NCBI GenBank assembly: GCA_951406725.2
Contig: OX597819.1
Location: 46,128,001 to 46,192,000 of the forward strand
Length of the DNA: 64,000 bases
Origin: Octopus vulgaris
Lineage: Eukaryota
Reading direction: 5' to 3'
Shown one piece after another: positions 1 through 16,758 of the stretch. Within the stretch, counting starts at the first letter, position 1, and each line of letters starts with the position of its first letter. The position numbers were made by a program, and so were the translations under genes. The notes under the pieces were generated by a model, which was given only the letters and a program-made list of their open reading frames with translations, was not told where the DNA came from and did no database searches.

Positions 1-900
1 AATATGCTTGTTGCCTCTGGTGATGCTGTTTTCTACATATTATGCTTCATGAATTCGTCATGTAGTTCCATTTCTTTCCATTTGTTTATGCTGCTGCTCT
101 TCCTCTTCTGTTTGAAGTTTCGTACTGTTTCAAGCAATTTTAGAGTGTTTCTGACTGCCGACACTATTTTGTTTTTTATTCTGCACAATATGTCTTTTCA
201 GACCCAGTAACGCAGTATTAACACTGTCTTCTGTGGTTCGTAATCCTTTGCCGCCTTCTTTTCTTGGCAGATGGAGCCGGTCGGTATTAATTTTAGAGTG
301 CAGTATGTTGTGCATTGTATACAGCATTGTAGTTCCACTACTCCCAAGTTTTGTAGCTCGACCTTTGTCCATTTCAGAAAAGGAACAGAATATCTCAATA
401 TTGGCACAGCCCATATGTTTATGGTTTTAATAATGTTCGCATCATTTAATTTTATGTTACGTACTTTTCTAATTCTCCTGTACTCTTTAGTGTACTCTTT
501 AGAGACTTGCCCCTTTCATTTCTTGTTCCATTATCCTCTCGTCTTGCAGCACTTCTAGATAATTGTATCCCTCTATTCTACAGCGATTTAATGATGTTGT
601 CTTCTGGTAATATTCAACCACCAGAGTTTACCTTCCTGCCTCCATAATTAGTACGGGGCAATTATTTACTCCAAACTACATTCCAATATCATTGCTGAAT
701 ATTCTCACTGTTTGGATGAAAGAATCTTGGTCTATCGCATTGTTTTTTGTATATAGCTTGAGGTCATACATATAAAGTAGGTGGTTTATTCTCATCTTGG
801 ATTTGGTTAATCTTTATACTTTAATCAAGTATACTCAGAAATTTTGGGGTATCCGATTCAGATTCTCCTCTCTCGTTCAGTAACACAATTCATGAATCTT
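1..900 (-). mobile_element. Decayed non-LTR retrotransposon RT fragment, R4/Dong-like (restriction-like endonuclease group)
   Basis: Minus-strand translation gives INHLLYMYDLKLYTKN (YMDD catalytic motif, mutated), DIGM*FG and LHSKINTDRLHLPRKEGGKGL, matching the HPKxDxDRLYLPRKEGGRGL motif of R4-type RTs. Stops and frameshifts present. Confidence 0.8.
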
Positions 901-912
901 ACTTACATATGT

Positions 913-2865
<1,953 letters not shown>

Positions 2866-3084
2866 GTTGCTTTTGATTTCGGTTTATTTCGCCCGAGCCA
2901 ACAAAACTGCTTTTGAAAGTAACAATTTTTACTGTATATAATTTGCTACCTGTAAACAAGACTCTTTAAAGAAATGTAAAACCTTTAATTTCAAGATATA
3001 TTGTGATAAAAGTTTCAAAGATAAATTTCGAAATTAAGTGTTTAGAGAAGGTTTGGAAAAACAAATACGAGATTACTTATAAAC

Positions 3085-3155
3085 ACATATATACGTATAT
3101 ACATGCATACATACACAGATATATATATATATATATATATATATAACTTTATATG

Positions 3156-3196
<41 letters not shown>

Positions 3197-3279
3197 CTAT
3201 ATATGTATGTACATATATGTGTGTATGTATGTATGTATGTATACATACATATCTGAGCATGTGTTTGCATACACACACA

Positions 3280-3320
<41 letters not shown>

Positions 3321-3344
3321 ATACATAAATGTATATATATAAAT

Positions 3345-3380
<36 letters not shown>

Positions 3381-3505
3381 GTGTGTGTGTGTGTGTGTGT
3401 AAGCATGTCCATATATATACACATATATGAGTATACACATGTATATATGTGTCTACATATACACAGACGCACGCACAAACATAAACACACACGCACGCAC
3501 ACACG

Positions 3506-3536
<31 letters not shown>

Positions 3537-3898
3537 GAATAAAGATTGATCGTCGTCATCATCACAGTGATGATGATAACGATGTTGGTCATAACGAAGA
3601 TGATGATCATGGTGTTCAAGGTGCTCATCGTGGCCGTGATAGTCATGATGATAAGGCGGTGAAAAAGGATTCTAAAAAAAACATGATAATAAAAAGAATA
3701 ACAATAAGCACGACAATAATAATTATAATGAAGATAATACCTTGGGATAAAAAAAAAAATTGTTTCGGTGTAGGGATAGCATAAATATGTTTTATTATTG
3801 ATTGCAAGAAGATTGTGGCAGAGCAAACTGGATATATGCGTGCGCGCATACGGATCCGTGTTTGCACGCGCAAAACGATATATATATACATACATGTA

Positions 3899-3947
<49 letters not shown>

Positions 3948-3998
3948 GTATATAAATATATAGATATATACATAAACACACACACGTATATATACATG

Positions 3999-4064
<66 letters not shown>

Positions 4065-4194
4065 CATGAATATACATAGGGAAAGTGGAAGGGATGGATT
4101 GACAGGAAAAATGTAGAAGACACACAGAGGTAGAGAGAATCAATGGGGCACAGAGATGGAAACGCTAAAAGAAAATATAATGGTCCATAATTAC

Positions 4195-4272
<78 letters not shown>

Positions 4273-4686
4273 ATATATATATATATATATACATGCATAC
4301 ACACATTCATACATATCTACATAAATGTAGACACTTATATATTATATGTATGCACACACACACAATTACACGTACTTATATGCATAGTCAGTCAAGTATG
4401 TTGGAATATGCATTGAAAGTGTCTGTAAAAGTACATAAGTAGAACCTTACTCACCAGCATTTCAACATTGTCACGAGGACGTGTGTGTGTGATTATGTGT
4501 AAGCTTGAGCATAAACACACACACACGTATATATATACATATATATATGCATATATAGCGTTTTATATACGGGTATATATAGCATATATGTATATATATA
4601 TATATATACATATATGCGCATACGTATTTATGAATATGCATACATATATGTACGTCCATATGTACATAACTATAGGCAGTATATTC

Positions 4687-4718
<32 letters not shown>

Positions 4719-4759
4719 ATGTATACATATATTTGCATGTGTGTGTGTGTACATGTATG

Positions 4760-4807
<48 letters not shown>

Positions 4808-4890
4808 CACATATATATATATATATACATATATACATACATATATATTATATATATTTATATATATATATACATATATATACATATATA

Positions 4891-4963
<73 letters not shown>
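3085..4963. repeat. Cluster of (TA)n/(CA)n/(TACA)n microsatellites
   Basis: Read directly; source of the YIYIYI ORFs. Similar clusters recur at about 14330-16120, 19150-19470, 21560-21730, 39170-39740, 46860-47355, 49140-49580, 53785-54105 and 55000-55930. Confidence 0.95.
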
Positions 4964-4965
<2 letters not shown>

Positions 4966-5337
4966 ATAGAAAATAATACTACAGTAATCGAGGTGAAAGA
5001 AGGAAAAAAATAATATAGTGTTAATATACCAAAGTATTTCACTGTTGTTGCGGAGTGCAAAATTGTCGATTTGAATTTTTTTACCCTTCCATATTTGTTT
5101 ACTTATTTTGAGAGGTGAGGGCTTTTTTTTTATTTATTCTTCAAGTATTTTTTTTTTAATTTTCGTTCTCTTTACAGTTTTTTTTTTTCCATTTCGTTTA
5201 TTTATTATTTATTTTTTTCTTAATATTTACTTCGCAAACATTGCCACATAAGAAAACAATATGAGAGGTTAAGTTGTGTTAATTGTGTAGTTACTATAGT
5301 GCAGCAACATCATCAACACTATCAACAACAGCAACGG

Positions 5338-5515
5338 TGGAGGCGCAAAGGCCCAGTGGTTAGGGCAGCAGACTCGCGGTCGTAAGAACGCGGTTTCCAT
5401 TCCCAGACCAGGCATTGTGAGTGTTTATTGAGCAAAAGCACCTAAGCTTCACGAGGCTCCGGCTATTGAACCCCGCTGTACTCTTCCACCACAACTTTCT
5501 CTCACTCTTTCTTCG
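5338..5515 (+). mobile_element. SINE family 3 (tRNA-derived head), 3' truncated
   Basis: ggaggcgca..ggcccagtggttagggcagc.gactcgcggtcgta..cggtttc.attccc; same head at 24889, 31810 and 61392(-). Confidence 0.85.
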
Positions 5516-5924
5516 TACTTCTGCCACAAAGCAGAGGAACCATAGTGTAACCCACCATGGTGTGGTAAACTTTCAGACCCTAGTCTAGGTTGCGAATCCT
5601 TTGTACCCCCAGGATGGTGCAGCTGCCCACCAGTTAAGAGCCACCGTTTACGGAAGGAGGATAACAGCGTAGCTTTTGCGCCCGTGCAAACTCCAGTCTA
5701 TCGCGTGTGGTTGGTGGATCTTCAAGTTGCCACACGCATTCTCAGTAGCTTAGAGTGGGCTCGAATTAGAGATTATTCTTTGTGGCTGATGGCGTGAGTC
5801 CTGATTGGAAGAAGAAGAAGATGAAGAAGAAGACAACAGCAACGTCATCAGCCCTATCAACAACAGCAATATCATCATTATCATCATAATCAGTACCAGC
5901 AATTACAATAATAACAATGTTATG

Positions 5925-6441
5925 CGTTCTACTACTGGCACAAGGCCTGATATTTTAGGGAGATTGTGTAAGTCGATTACATCGACCCCAATATACAACT
6001 GGTATTTATGTTATTGACCCTGAAAAATATAAAAGATAAAGTCGACTCGACGGCATTTGGAATCAGAACGTAAATTTGGAGAAAATGGTGGTCAGCATTT
6101 TGTGCAGTGTGCTAACGATTCTGTCAGATCGTAGCCTTAATAATGGTTTCAAATTCAAGTACAGGAATTTTGTGCGAAGTTTAAGTCGATTACATCGACC
6201 TCTGTGCTCAATCAGTAATTATTTTATCGTCTTGAAAGGAATCAATGATAAAGTCGACTCGGCGGGATTTCAGCTCGAAATGTAAAGCTGTAAAAGATGC
6301 CGCTTAACATTTTGTTCGCTGCGCTAAATATTCTGCAAGTGCACAACCTTGATAATAATAATAATAGTAATAATAATGATAATAATAATAATAATACCAA
6401 CAACAAAAACAACAACAACAACAATAACAATAATAATAATA

Positions 6442-6501
<60 letters not shown>

Positions 6502-6585
6502 TTAGGGGGATTGTGTAAGTCGATTACGTCGAGCCCAATATGCAACTGGTATTTATGTTACTGAGCCTGAAAAGATAAAAGGTAA
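5925..6585 (-). mobile_element. Three diverged head-to-tail SINE family 1 copies with (AAT)n/(ATT)n between them
   Basis: Repeated taagtcgattac(a/g)tcga..aaagtcgactc..ctaacgattctg segments. Confidence 0.75.
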
Positions 6586-6587
6586 AG

Positions 6588-7890
6588 TAATCCCTTCCAA
6601 GCGATTGCTTGGAAAAAGTATGGCGAATTGGAGGACGGACCTGACTGCAAACGAAAGAAGTAGCAATCAGGAGACGCCTCTTCCAAGGGGACTGCCTGTC
6701 CCCACTTGTCTTTGTACCGTGCTTAATACCGCTAACACTGATTCTGAGGAAAGCAAGGGCTGGGTATTTATTCAAAAGCCGCCAACAATAATTCAACCAA
6801 TTGTTATTCATGAATGACCTCAACCTTTATGGTAAAGATGAATCCCAAGTCAGTTCCCTCGTTGATACGGTGTATACTTTCAGTGCTGATATCAGAATGG
6901 AGTTCGGACTGAGAAAGTGAGGCGTGTTAGTCTTGAAGAGAGGCAAAATCAAATGTATGAACGGGCTATCGATACCGTCGGGAGGAGGTTATGAAGCAGA
7001 TAGAAGAGACGGGCTATAAGTACTTGGGGATACTGGAAATTGATGAATTGATGGAGAAAGAAATGACAGAAAAATTTAAGGTGGAGTACTTACGCAGACT
7101 GAGACTGATCCTTAAATCGAAATGAAACGGACGGTATGATTGAAGCTATCAAGACCTGGGCGGTATCACTCCTTATATATGGATCAGGGGTAATCGCATG
7201 GAGAGTAGACGAACTAAACAGCTTAGACAGAGAGGCAAAGAAGTTGCTAACTAGGTATGGTCAACCAGAACGTGACATAGACTATATGTACCAAGAAAAA
7301 GAGAGGAAGACTTATTAGATGCGAACACAGCATTAGAGCAGAAGAAAACAACATAGCATTGTATGTAAAAAAATGTCACAGAACCGCTACTATTAGAAGA
7401 TGGTCAGGCTTGTGTAGGATGAAAGATTGCAAATCACTGTACAAGCAATTGAAATCGAATGAAACTGAAAATAGATGCTGTAAAGAAAAGAATGCATGGA
7501 CAATTTCATAGTAATTTTGAAGATAAAACAGTCAGAGAAAAAAGATGGCTGTGGATGACTAAAAGTGATTTAAAACCGGAAACGGGGGCTCTAATATGTG
7601 CTTTCGGGATCGATAAATTAAGTACCAGTCGAGTACTGGGGTCGATGTGATCAACTTATCCCACTGCACAAACTTCAGGCCTCGTGCCTATAGTAGAAAG
7701 GATTATTATGAAGGAGACAAACTAGTGAAACCGTATGGTATATTACCAGCTAATGTACGCCACTAGCCCAGAAGGAATATAAGAGACGCCACGACAATAT
7801 AGCAAGGCTTGACCATTGGATGCTTTGTAACAAGTATGATCTTGACAGCGAAAATAATTGGTACGACCAGAATCCCAAAGTCATCATCGA
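6588..7890 (+). mobile_element. Decayed R4/Dong-like LINE: RT to CCHC knuckle, interrupted by SINE pieces
   Basis: LFQGDCLSPL, LLFMNDLNLYGK, DIRMEFGL, YKYLGILE, IEAIKTWAVSLLIYGSG, MHGQF, DLKPETGALICA and AQKEYKRRHDNIARL. SINE 1 fragments at 7604-7708 and 7890-7965. Confidence 0.85.
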
Positions 7891-8905
7891 AATTGTTAGC
7901 GGAATCGTTAGCACGCCGGACAAAATGTTTAGCAACATTTCGTCCGTCTTTACGTTCTGAGGATTTAAAAAAAATGAAATACGACAGTAGTGATGCTTTC
8001 CAGTCAAAAATTGTAGACGTCTCGCTAAAATGTAAGTGGCCAGATAGGCTGGAAGATATAGTGGCACCAATCAAAATGGTCAGCACAGCACCATCTTGAA
8101 TGGATACAGAAAGAATATACCTTGTAATATTTGAAATTTGGCATCTTTGTGGTAGAAATTTATGCCGTCCGGCATTTTTTCACCACTAGAACGACAGGTA
8201 AATTAAATTACCAACGGAGCTACTACGGACCAGACTTCCAAATTACGTAGGTACTGGGACGATGTTATGAGCTGAGTTCAGTTTCAGGAAGCTATTCCTG
8301 AAATGTCGTGAAAAGCTGGTATGGTTTCAAGCCGTTTCTATTACTTATGAACGCCGGACTGTTTTGCCTTGAGCCTCCTTTCTTGTGAGTGGATTTTCCG
8401 CTCCGTTTCTTCTTACAGACCCATCTGCAATCAACGCTCTCTTCATGGACGACTTGGTATGCCATCGCAAATGACTTGTAAGCGTACTTGCCGTTTGTCA
8501 AGAAATATTTTTTCCCAAAGCTTGTGTAACTGCTAGAGCTGCAATGCTAGGTCAAGCGAAGACCAGGGCTGTGTACCTAACATCTGGAATATTGCCAGAC
8601 GTTCAGTTTCCTAACCCTTAGGCTTTGTGGATTGTAATAGTCAAACCTTGGCTTTCTTCATAAGAATAAGGATTCTCTCTCTCTCTTTCTCTCTCCCTCT
8701 CTCTCTCTTTCTATTCCAAAATTTGCTAAATTGGAGGGTTGATTTCATCTTTTCTGAGGCAACTTACCCATTCAAATGCAAGAATCACCACCATTGTCAA
8801 TATTCAATAATTAACATTAGTGGTGGTATCTTCTGCCTTTTTACTCTATCGTGGGAAGAAAAAAATCGTCACCCATGTCTGTTTTGATGACATCGAGATT
8901 TCCTA

Positions 8906-9021
8906 GAAAGAAAGAAAGAAAGAAAAAAAGAAAGAAAGAAAGAAAGAAAGAACGAACGAAAGAAAGAAAGAAAGAAAGAAAGAAAGAAAAAAAAAAAGAA
9001 CGAAGGAAAGAAAGAAAGAAA
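8906..9021. repeat. (GAAA)n microsatellite
   Basis: Read directly. Confidence 0.95.
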
Positions 9022-10283
9022 CTTCAGCTCTGGCTCAAATACTTGCAACAGAGTAGACTCCATTAAAGTTACTCTTGTTGCTAAATGGCGATATTAAACC
9101 GGGCGACGAATTTTGGCAACCATCTTTGATAAAAGTTATTCGAATTGTTGATGATTGTTGTTGTTGTAGTTGTATATTCATAAGCTAATTAATATTATCT
9201 TGCAGAACTCTGATCAAAGGCTTTCCTAGCGTGGTCATCCAGTTTTTTTTCAACATCATTAGGTAGTGTAGATGGCGGTAAAATATACCTGAAAAGATTG
9301 GATGGTCACGGCTAGAATGCCTTTGATCGGGGATCTGTAAACCACTGGCTAGCCCTGGGTTTAAAATGCCACAAAAATAATCAACAAGGAGTTCTAATAA
9401 GCATTCAATAATCACTAACCACGAAAATTTTACCCTCTCTTGTTGTTCAATAATTTAAACAGGATTTTCAAGATTGTGACAATATACCTTTTTCTATAGC
9501 TTCAATGGATTTTCAAAAAGCACAATATTCTTCAGAGTCTATTATTCTTCTTGACAAACTGAAGATGAAAACGATGTGTAAACAAAGACCAATATAAGCT
9601 TCGAACGAGAGTAATATATAATCGATGTAAGAAGACCTACAAATGGTTGTGTTGTGTATATTCTCACAGAGGTAAAACTTCAAAACGAATAATATAAAAG
9701 CACACAGATAAAATATGACGAAATATCATTAGCACAAAACGTAATGAATGGTATTGAAGAATGTATTTATATGGCGACGTTATTAAGAGTTCTGCAGTTA
9801 TTATTAGGACGAGAGACTTAGATATAGGTGCTGGTTATTCTTTGTATGAATTACTAGATATCTGTAGCTCGTATCGAAGGGAATGAGGCAAACGAAAAAG
9901 AAGAAAATATGAAGGAAAGACATATATTAAAGAAAGTAAATTGTGAAAAATGACAAACACAAAACAGACGACAAGAATGACAAGGTATAAATAGTTACGT
10001 ACGCGAAAAGATTACGAACGGGTAAATGATGGCAAACACGACAAGAATGATGAAGGTAGAGATATATACAGAGCGAGAGAGAGATTATGGAATTGGAAAT
10101 AATTACGCGCGCGCGAGGCTGTGTGTGCATGTGTCTGCGTGCTTATAACGATTTTATCATCCTTATCATTAAATTACTGTATACCCATGCATCCATGTAT
10201 CTCTCTCCACATTTTATCCTTTCTTTCTTTCTCTTTGTAAATGTAAATATAAATATAAAAACGTGTGTGTGCGTATGTGTGAG

Positions 10284-10316
<33 letters not shown>

Positions 10317-10484
10317 TACAGATATAGGGTGAAAGATAATTAATTTAATAAAATCAACAAATTTCCCGTAGTAGTATTTCGGAATGGAAAAGGACCATAT
10401 TCGGTAAAAACTCATACAGAAAGTTTTTTTTTATATATAATTATAACAATAAGGCTCTTGCAACTTGTTGCAAAACCCTTATTG

Positions 10485-10553
<69 letters not shown>

Positions 10554-10635
10554 GTATATGTGTGTGCATATCCTAACTTACCACCGCATATTCATCCTTG
10601 TCATCCTTATCGCTAACTTCCTATATATCTACGTA

Positions 10636-10697
<62 letters not shown>

Positions 10698-10904
10698 CAA
10701 ATCTTTAATAATTCGTTAAAATTGTTTCTGTACCGACTCTGCTTGCAACGCCATTCTAAGTATTATCCGAAGTAAAGCATTACGTAATATTTGCGATTTT
10801 AGACATTAGAGTGGCACCGCTTCAAACTTGCATCAAAGGTGCCCTGGTACATTGTGCGTCCACCCACGCCACGGTTTTACCGTCGTGAAACAGAATTCTC
10901 TAAA

Positions 10905-11700
10905 TTAAAGAATGTAATCGACTGGAGGCTAGTCGATTACATCTACTTGTTTTAATCGAACCTGGAATGATGAAAACCAAATTCGTCCTAGACGTAATTT
11001 GAACTCAAAACGTAAAGAAGGAAGAAATGCCGCTGAGCATTTCGCCCGGCTGGCTAACGTTTCTGCCAGCTCATTGTCTTAAATTATAGGCACAAGGTCT
11101 TCAATTCTGGGAGAGAGGGTTAGTCGAATACATCGACCCCAGTGCTTGACTAGTACTCCGAAAGGATGAAAGGGAAAGTCAATCACGGCGGTGTTTTGAA
11201 CACAGAACGTAAGGACGGGCGAAATGCCACCAGGCGTACTAACCATTTTGCAAGCTCGCCGTGTTAAGAATAATAAGCATCCTGAGATTTGAGGTGAGGG
11301 GACTAGTTTGTTACATCAACCCCAGTGTTTCATTGGTACTATTTCATTGACCTCCAAAGGATGAAAGACAAAGTCGAGCTCGGCGGAATTTGAACTCAGA
11401 ATTTAAAGACGGACGAAATGCTGCTAAGCATTTCGCCCGGCGTGCTAACGATTCTGCAAGCTTACCACCTTAAGAATAATTATAACAGTAGTTTCAAATT
11501 TTAGCACAAAGCCAGCAATTGTATGAGATGGTACAAATCGATTACATCGACGCCAATGTCCAACTGGTATTTATTTTATAGACACCGAGAGGATGAAAAG
11601 CAATTGAGACCCTGGTGGTTTTTGATTTCAGAACGTATAATCGGAAGAAATGTCGCTCAGCATCTTTTCCGCGAGGCAACGATTCTGCCAACTCGCTGCC
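10905..11700 (-). mobile_element. Array of four head-to-tail SINE family 1 copies
   Basis: About 190-bp unit gtcgattacatc..aggatgaa..gaactcagaacgtaa..ttctgccagctc repeated; aagaataat recurs between units. Confidence 0.85.
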
Positions 11701-11764
11701 TGAAGAATAATAATATATCCGATATCATTATTATTATTATTTTTTTTTAATATTATGATTATTA

Positions 11765-11829
<65 letters not shown>

Positions 11830-12337
11830 TACGAAGAATTGTTACAATTATTTCATTTTCGTTTTCATTGTATTTCATATAGTTTTTAAAGCAAATTTAA
11901 AGGCATTTAAATTATCTCAGTATTAAATACAGTTTAATTGTCTAGTAAATACACTATAAAAATACAATATGATTACTATATACAATAAAGTAAAAATACT
12001 ATTATAGATCATAACAATTATACAACACTTCGTAAAAATGTAATTATATTCAAAAGAAAGAGAAATGGAAAAGGAAGCCTACAATGTGTAAAAAATAATA
12101 ATAATAATGTATTTATGTTCTTTTTATAACTTCAATGATCATTATTTAACTACAGTGGTAAAATTAAATATATCTCCGAACTGTAAGAAATTAAAGTGGA
12201 TTATAAGTAATTGCCAATGTGTACGTAAGTCTGGGTGTATGCGTATGTGTATATATGTGTGAGCATATTTGTGTACACGGTGCGTTTGTGTGTATACATA
12301 CATATATATATGTGTGTGTATGTGTGTGTGGGTATGT

Positions 12338-12374
<37 letters not shown>

Positions 12375-12722
12375 TACTGTTAACAAAAGTCAGGATACGT
12401 AGTGTTCCGTTACCCAATAAATGAAAAATGCATTAAATACAACAAAAATGTTTTCCTTGCATACACTGTGTGTCAGAAAATAATCTAATTACTGGCACAA
12501 ATAATTTCATTTAACAGATATAGCACCCAATATATAGCATTGACGTGGTTGAAAAATCACACAGTGCGGCATGTCGGCTAAGTGACACCAACTCTCTGCC
12601 CGTTCTACAGCGTGGATCTTCCAATATAAGAACTATGATAAAATGAAAAACAATTACGTACTCTAAACTGAACAACCGAAGCCTGGATACACTCTCTATC
12701 CCTCTTTCTCTCTGTCTGTCTG

Positions 12723-12760
<38 letters not shown>

Positions 12761-12829
12761 TGTCTGTTTCTTCCTCTCTTTCCTTGCTCTCTCATTTTCA
12801 CTCTCGTTCTCTCTGTCTGTATTTGTGTA

Positions 12830-13112
12830 ACATTGCCCGTTTTTTTTCCGTCATTGTTTTTGTATACATTCGCTGCTTTCTTCCAAGGAATCTAATGCTC
12901 TTAACTTAGTTTTTCTTTGTGGCTGGCCAGATTGGAGCAATCTCAAGTATAATCAGCCGAAATTGCGAGGATAATCTAGTGCTTGACTGGGGAAAGAAAA
13001 CTTCGATTGACCCGTCATTGTTTTCTTTGTATCGTCTATCTGGATGTTTTGATGTCCCATTTTTGCAACACCTAACTCTCCAGATGTTTTGCGTTCTTAT
13101 CCCATTTTGTAT
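12830..13112 (+). repeat. Interspersed repeat related to 50585-50712 (-)
   Basis: cgaaattgc.a.gat.atct.gt.cttgactg..cttcga.tg.cccgtc is shared by both loci; both abut (TA)n. Confidence 0.6.
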
Positions 13113-13129
13113 TATATATATATATACAT

Positions 13130-13349
13130 AAAGTTAATCCAAACATGAAAACACAAAGAGAAAACACAACAACGCGTGGATATGGAACAAGTATAGTGTT
13201 ATTGGACGCTCAGGAAAGGAAAGAACGAGGAAAGGAGGATTTAACGTTTCGAGCGGAGCTCTTCGTCAGAAACATGGGAAAGGGAAAGATTCAAGGAAGG
13301 GAAGACAGAGGAAAGAAATGGCCAACGATACACACGCGGTCACATTTTA
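13130..13349 (-). mobile_element. Short non-coding PLE pseudo-LTR-like element (family C) in (TA)n
   Basis: Second copy at 60429-60640; carries a hammerhead motif. Confidence 0.7.
13239..13273 (-). ncRNA. Minimal type I hammerhead ribozyme, canonical core
   Basis: Minus strand gttt-CTGACGA-a-GAGC-tcc-GCTC-GAAAC-GTT-aaat: stem I gttt/aaat, stem II 4 bp, palindromic AC/GT stem III, NUH = GUU. Confidence 0.85.
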
Positions 13350-13408
13350 TATATATATATACACACATAAATAATATATGTAATTATGCATTTTTATACG
13401 TATGTATT

Positions 13409-13452
<44 letters not shown>

Positions 13453-13512
13453 ATATTGTAATATAAATGTGTGTGTGTATTCCTACGTACGTACATATAT
13501 ATATACATGCGT

Positions 13513-13581
<69 letters not shown>

Positions 13582-13833
13582 CATACCATATTGCACATAC
13601 TTATGTACATTTATATGTGTAACGGTATATAAATATTAAGGGCGAATATTGAATATTACCACCACAATGCCTTCCAGTTATTCACGGAAAGAGACATCAG
13701 CTCTTCAATCAGTAAAGATTTTATTGACCAAATATGCTTTTGATTAATGTATTTTGTAGAACATTGCGAGATTAGGAGGCAGAATGGGATAATGGTGAGA
13801 CAGCAACAACAACAACTACAACTAATACTACTA

Positions 13834-13918
<85 letters not shown>

Positions 13919-14352
13919 TGATATTAATGATGATGATGACGATGACAACGATATTATCGTGATTAATAATAAAGGTAAAATAATATTATTAATAATGATA
14001 TATGTAGCATTAAAAAGAAAACGTGATACTGAAACAGAAGCAAAATGGATACCGAAAAAAAAGGATAAGGGAGAAAACAAGGGAGGAAAAGAAACGGTTG
14101 GTGACATACAAAAGTCGAAAATATTCTTTGTGAGTTGTAGTAGAGTTACTGTATTGAGTCTGAGAGTTGCGGTAGGGATAAGGCGCAGGATAAAAGATGA
14201 TAAGGTAGAAGAGTATGAGGTGTATGAGAAGGAAGGGAAAAGAAACTGGTGGTGCTAGGACCTCCATCTTATATGCTTGAATTGGCATACAGTGTGTATT
14301 CGCCAGGCGCTACGCAAGACCACATTTATATCAACACATATATATACATATG

Positions 14353-14383
<31 letters not shown>

Positions 14384-14427
14384 GTGTGTGTGTGTGTGTA
14401 TGTGTGTATGTGTGCGTATATACACAC

Positions 14428-14465
<38 letters not shown>

Positions 14466-14507
14466 GTCTGTATATATATATATATATATATATATACAAA
14501 CACACAC

Positions 14508-14639
<132 letters not shown>

Positions 14640-14704
14640 GAAAATATGTATTAAATGAACTGCAAAAGAAAATGATGATGGTAACAACAACTACTACAAG
14701 TACG

Positions 14705-14801
<97 letters not shown>

Positions 14802-15449
14802 CAACAACAATAATAATAATAATAAAATATATTAATAATAATAATAATAATAATAATAGTGATGATGATCTAGAGTTTATGAAACTATGGCCATTAGACT
14901 TCGAGCTAGGATTTATTGCTTGGATCAATAACTGCAATCGAACAGCATATGTGAGTGTGTGTGTGTGTGTGACCGTGCGTGTGTATGTGTTCGTGCGGGT
15001 GTATATATGCATATATATACACGCGTGCGCGCATGCACACACACACACACACACACACACGCACGCACACATACACATATATATGTGAATTATTGATTAG
15101 AAGGTACACGTATGTAACGTAAAAAAAAATCTAAGAAAGAAATATAAAATACATCGTAATAAAATACGATAAATAAAATGTATATTTCCGCTGATGTTTA
15201 AGAGTTCGAACTGGTTAATGCTTCGAGAATTGATATAGGCGACGGTCTAATACAGAAAATATTGATTAGGAGAATTGGCAGTGAGGTCGAAGCAGAAAAA
15301 ATATCCTCTTATACCTTCGTGGTTTATTACAAGAGTACACAAATAGAACTGCATGCATTTATGATTATATTATATATACATATATATACATATACATATA
15401 TATATATACTTCTAGCATATGGCTATCCACATAGTGGCTTTTAGCACTT

Positions 15450-15530
<81 letters not shown>

Positions 15531-15912
15531 TCATAGACATTTACACACACGTATACACAGTTTTACACATGTATGTAGGTATAAATGTGTGTGCATGTAT
15601 GTATGTATGCATATATATATATATCTATATATTTATATATTTTTATATATATGTATATATATGGAGAGTGACAAAAAGGGAGAAATACATATAGAGAGAG
15701 AGAAAGGGAAAGGGAGAGAGAGAGATGGACAGAGGGAAGGTGGGAGAAAGAGGGGGGAAATATGCGTGGAGGTGCATAAGTTACAATTCAGTCTAGAGAA
15801 TGTGTTATAACTCTAAGTTTCATATATAATTAATTCGTTAACTTGGCCTCAGAAAATTGAAAGTGGCTGGCAACATTTGTTTGAACCTATGTGCGTGTCA
15901 AAGTATGTGACA

Positions 15913-15990
<78 letters not shown>

Positions 15991-16600
15991 GTATATATAC
16001 ATATACATATATATATACATACATATATATATATACATATATACATATATGTACATGTATGTACGCGTACATATATACATAGACATACACATATCTGTAC
16101 ACGTACATATATATATACAAGAAATATTTCTGTATTCCTTGACTGCATATATGACATAAGCAAAATTATGTACACACGCATAGCAATAAAATGAGCGAAG
16201 CAAACACAAACATGGCGTAAACGAGGTCTTATCTGTTTTGTTCAGGGAAAGCCTCGTTTCTGTTTCCCAATTCTAATATCTTACACATCAAGAGGACACG
16301 ACTAATTTATGGCTCTTGTGTTGGAAGTGAATCCCAAACAAATGAAAGCGGGAAAGAAAATACAAAGAATGATAGGAAGGAAGAATCTGCTCGTGAGTGT
16401 GGTCTGAGGTTAAATAATAAAAGGGAATAAGATGAGAGAATCAAAAGTGAGACTTATTTGACGAAGCGTTGCATAATCGAAGAAATCCGCTCTTTTTTCA
16501 ACAACCTCTAGTTTTAGCAGAGCAGCTTTTCAACTTCCTTCGATCACTAAAGTCAGGCAAACTGTATTTCATTGCCTATCATCCCATTTCCCTCTCACTT

Positions 16601-16646
<46 letters not shown>

Positions 16647-16692
16647 TACATATATATAAACATACATATACAGACATACATACGTACATGTT

Positions 16693-16751
<59 letters not shown>

Positions 16752-16758
<7 letters not shown>

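Noticed and set aside
8190-8620. GC-richer block with a 69-aa minus ORF
   Set aside because: No recognisable domain or splice signals; cannot be assigned.
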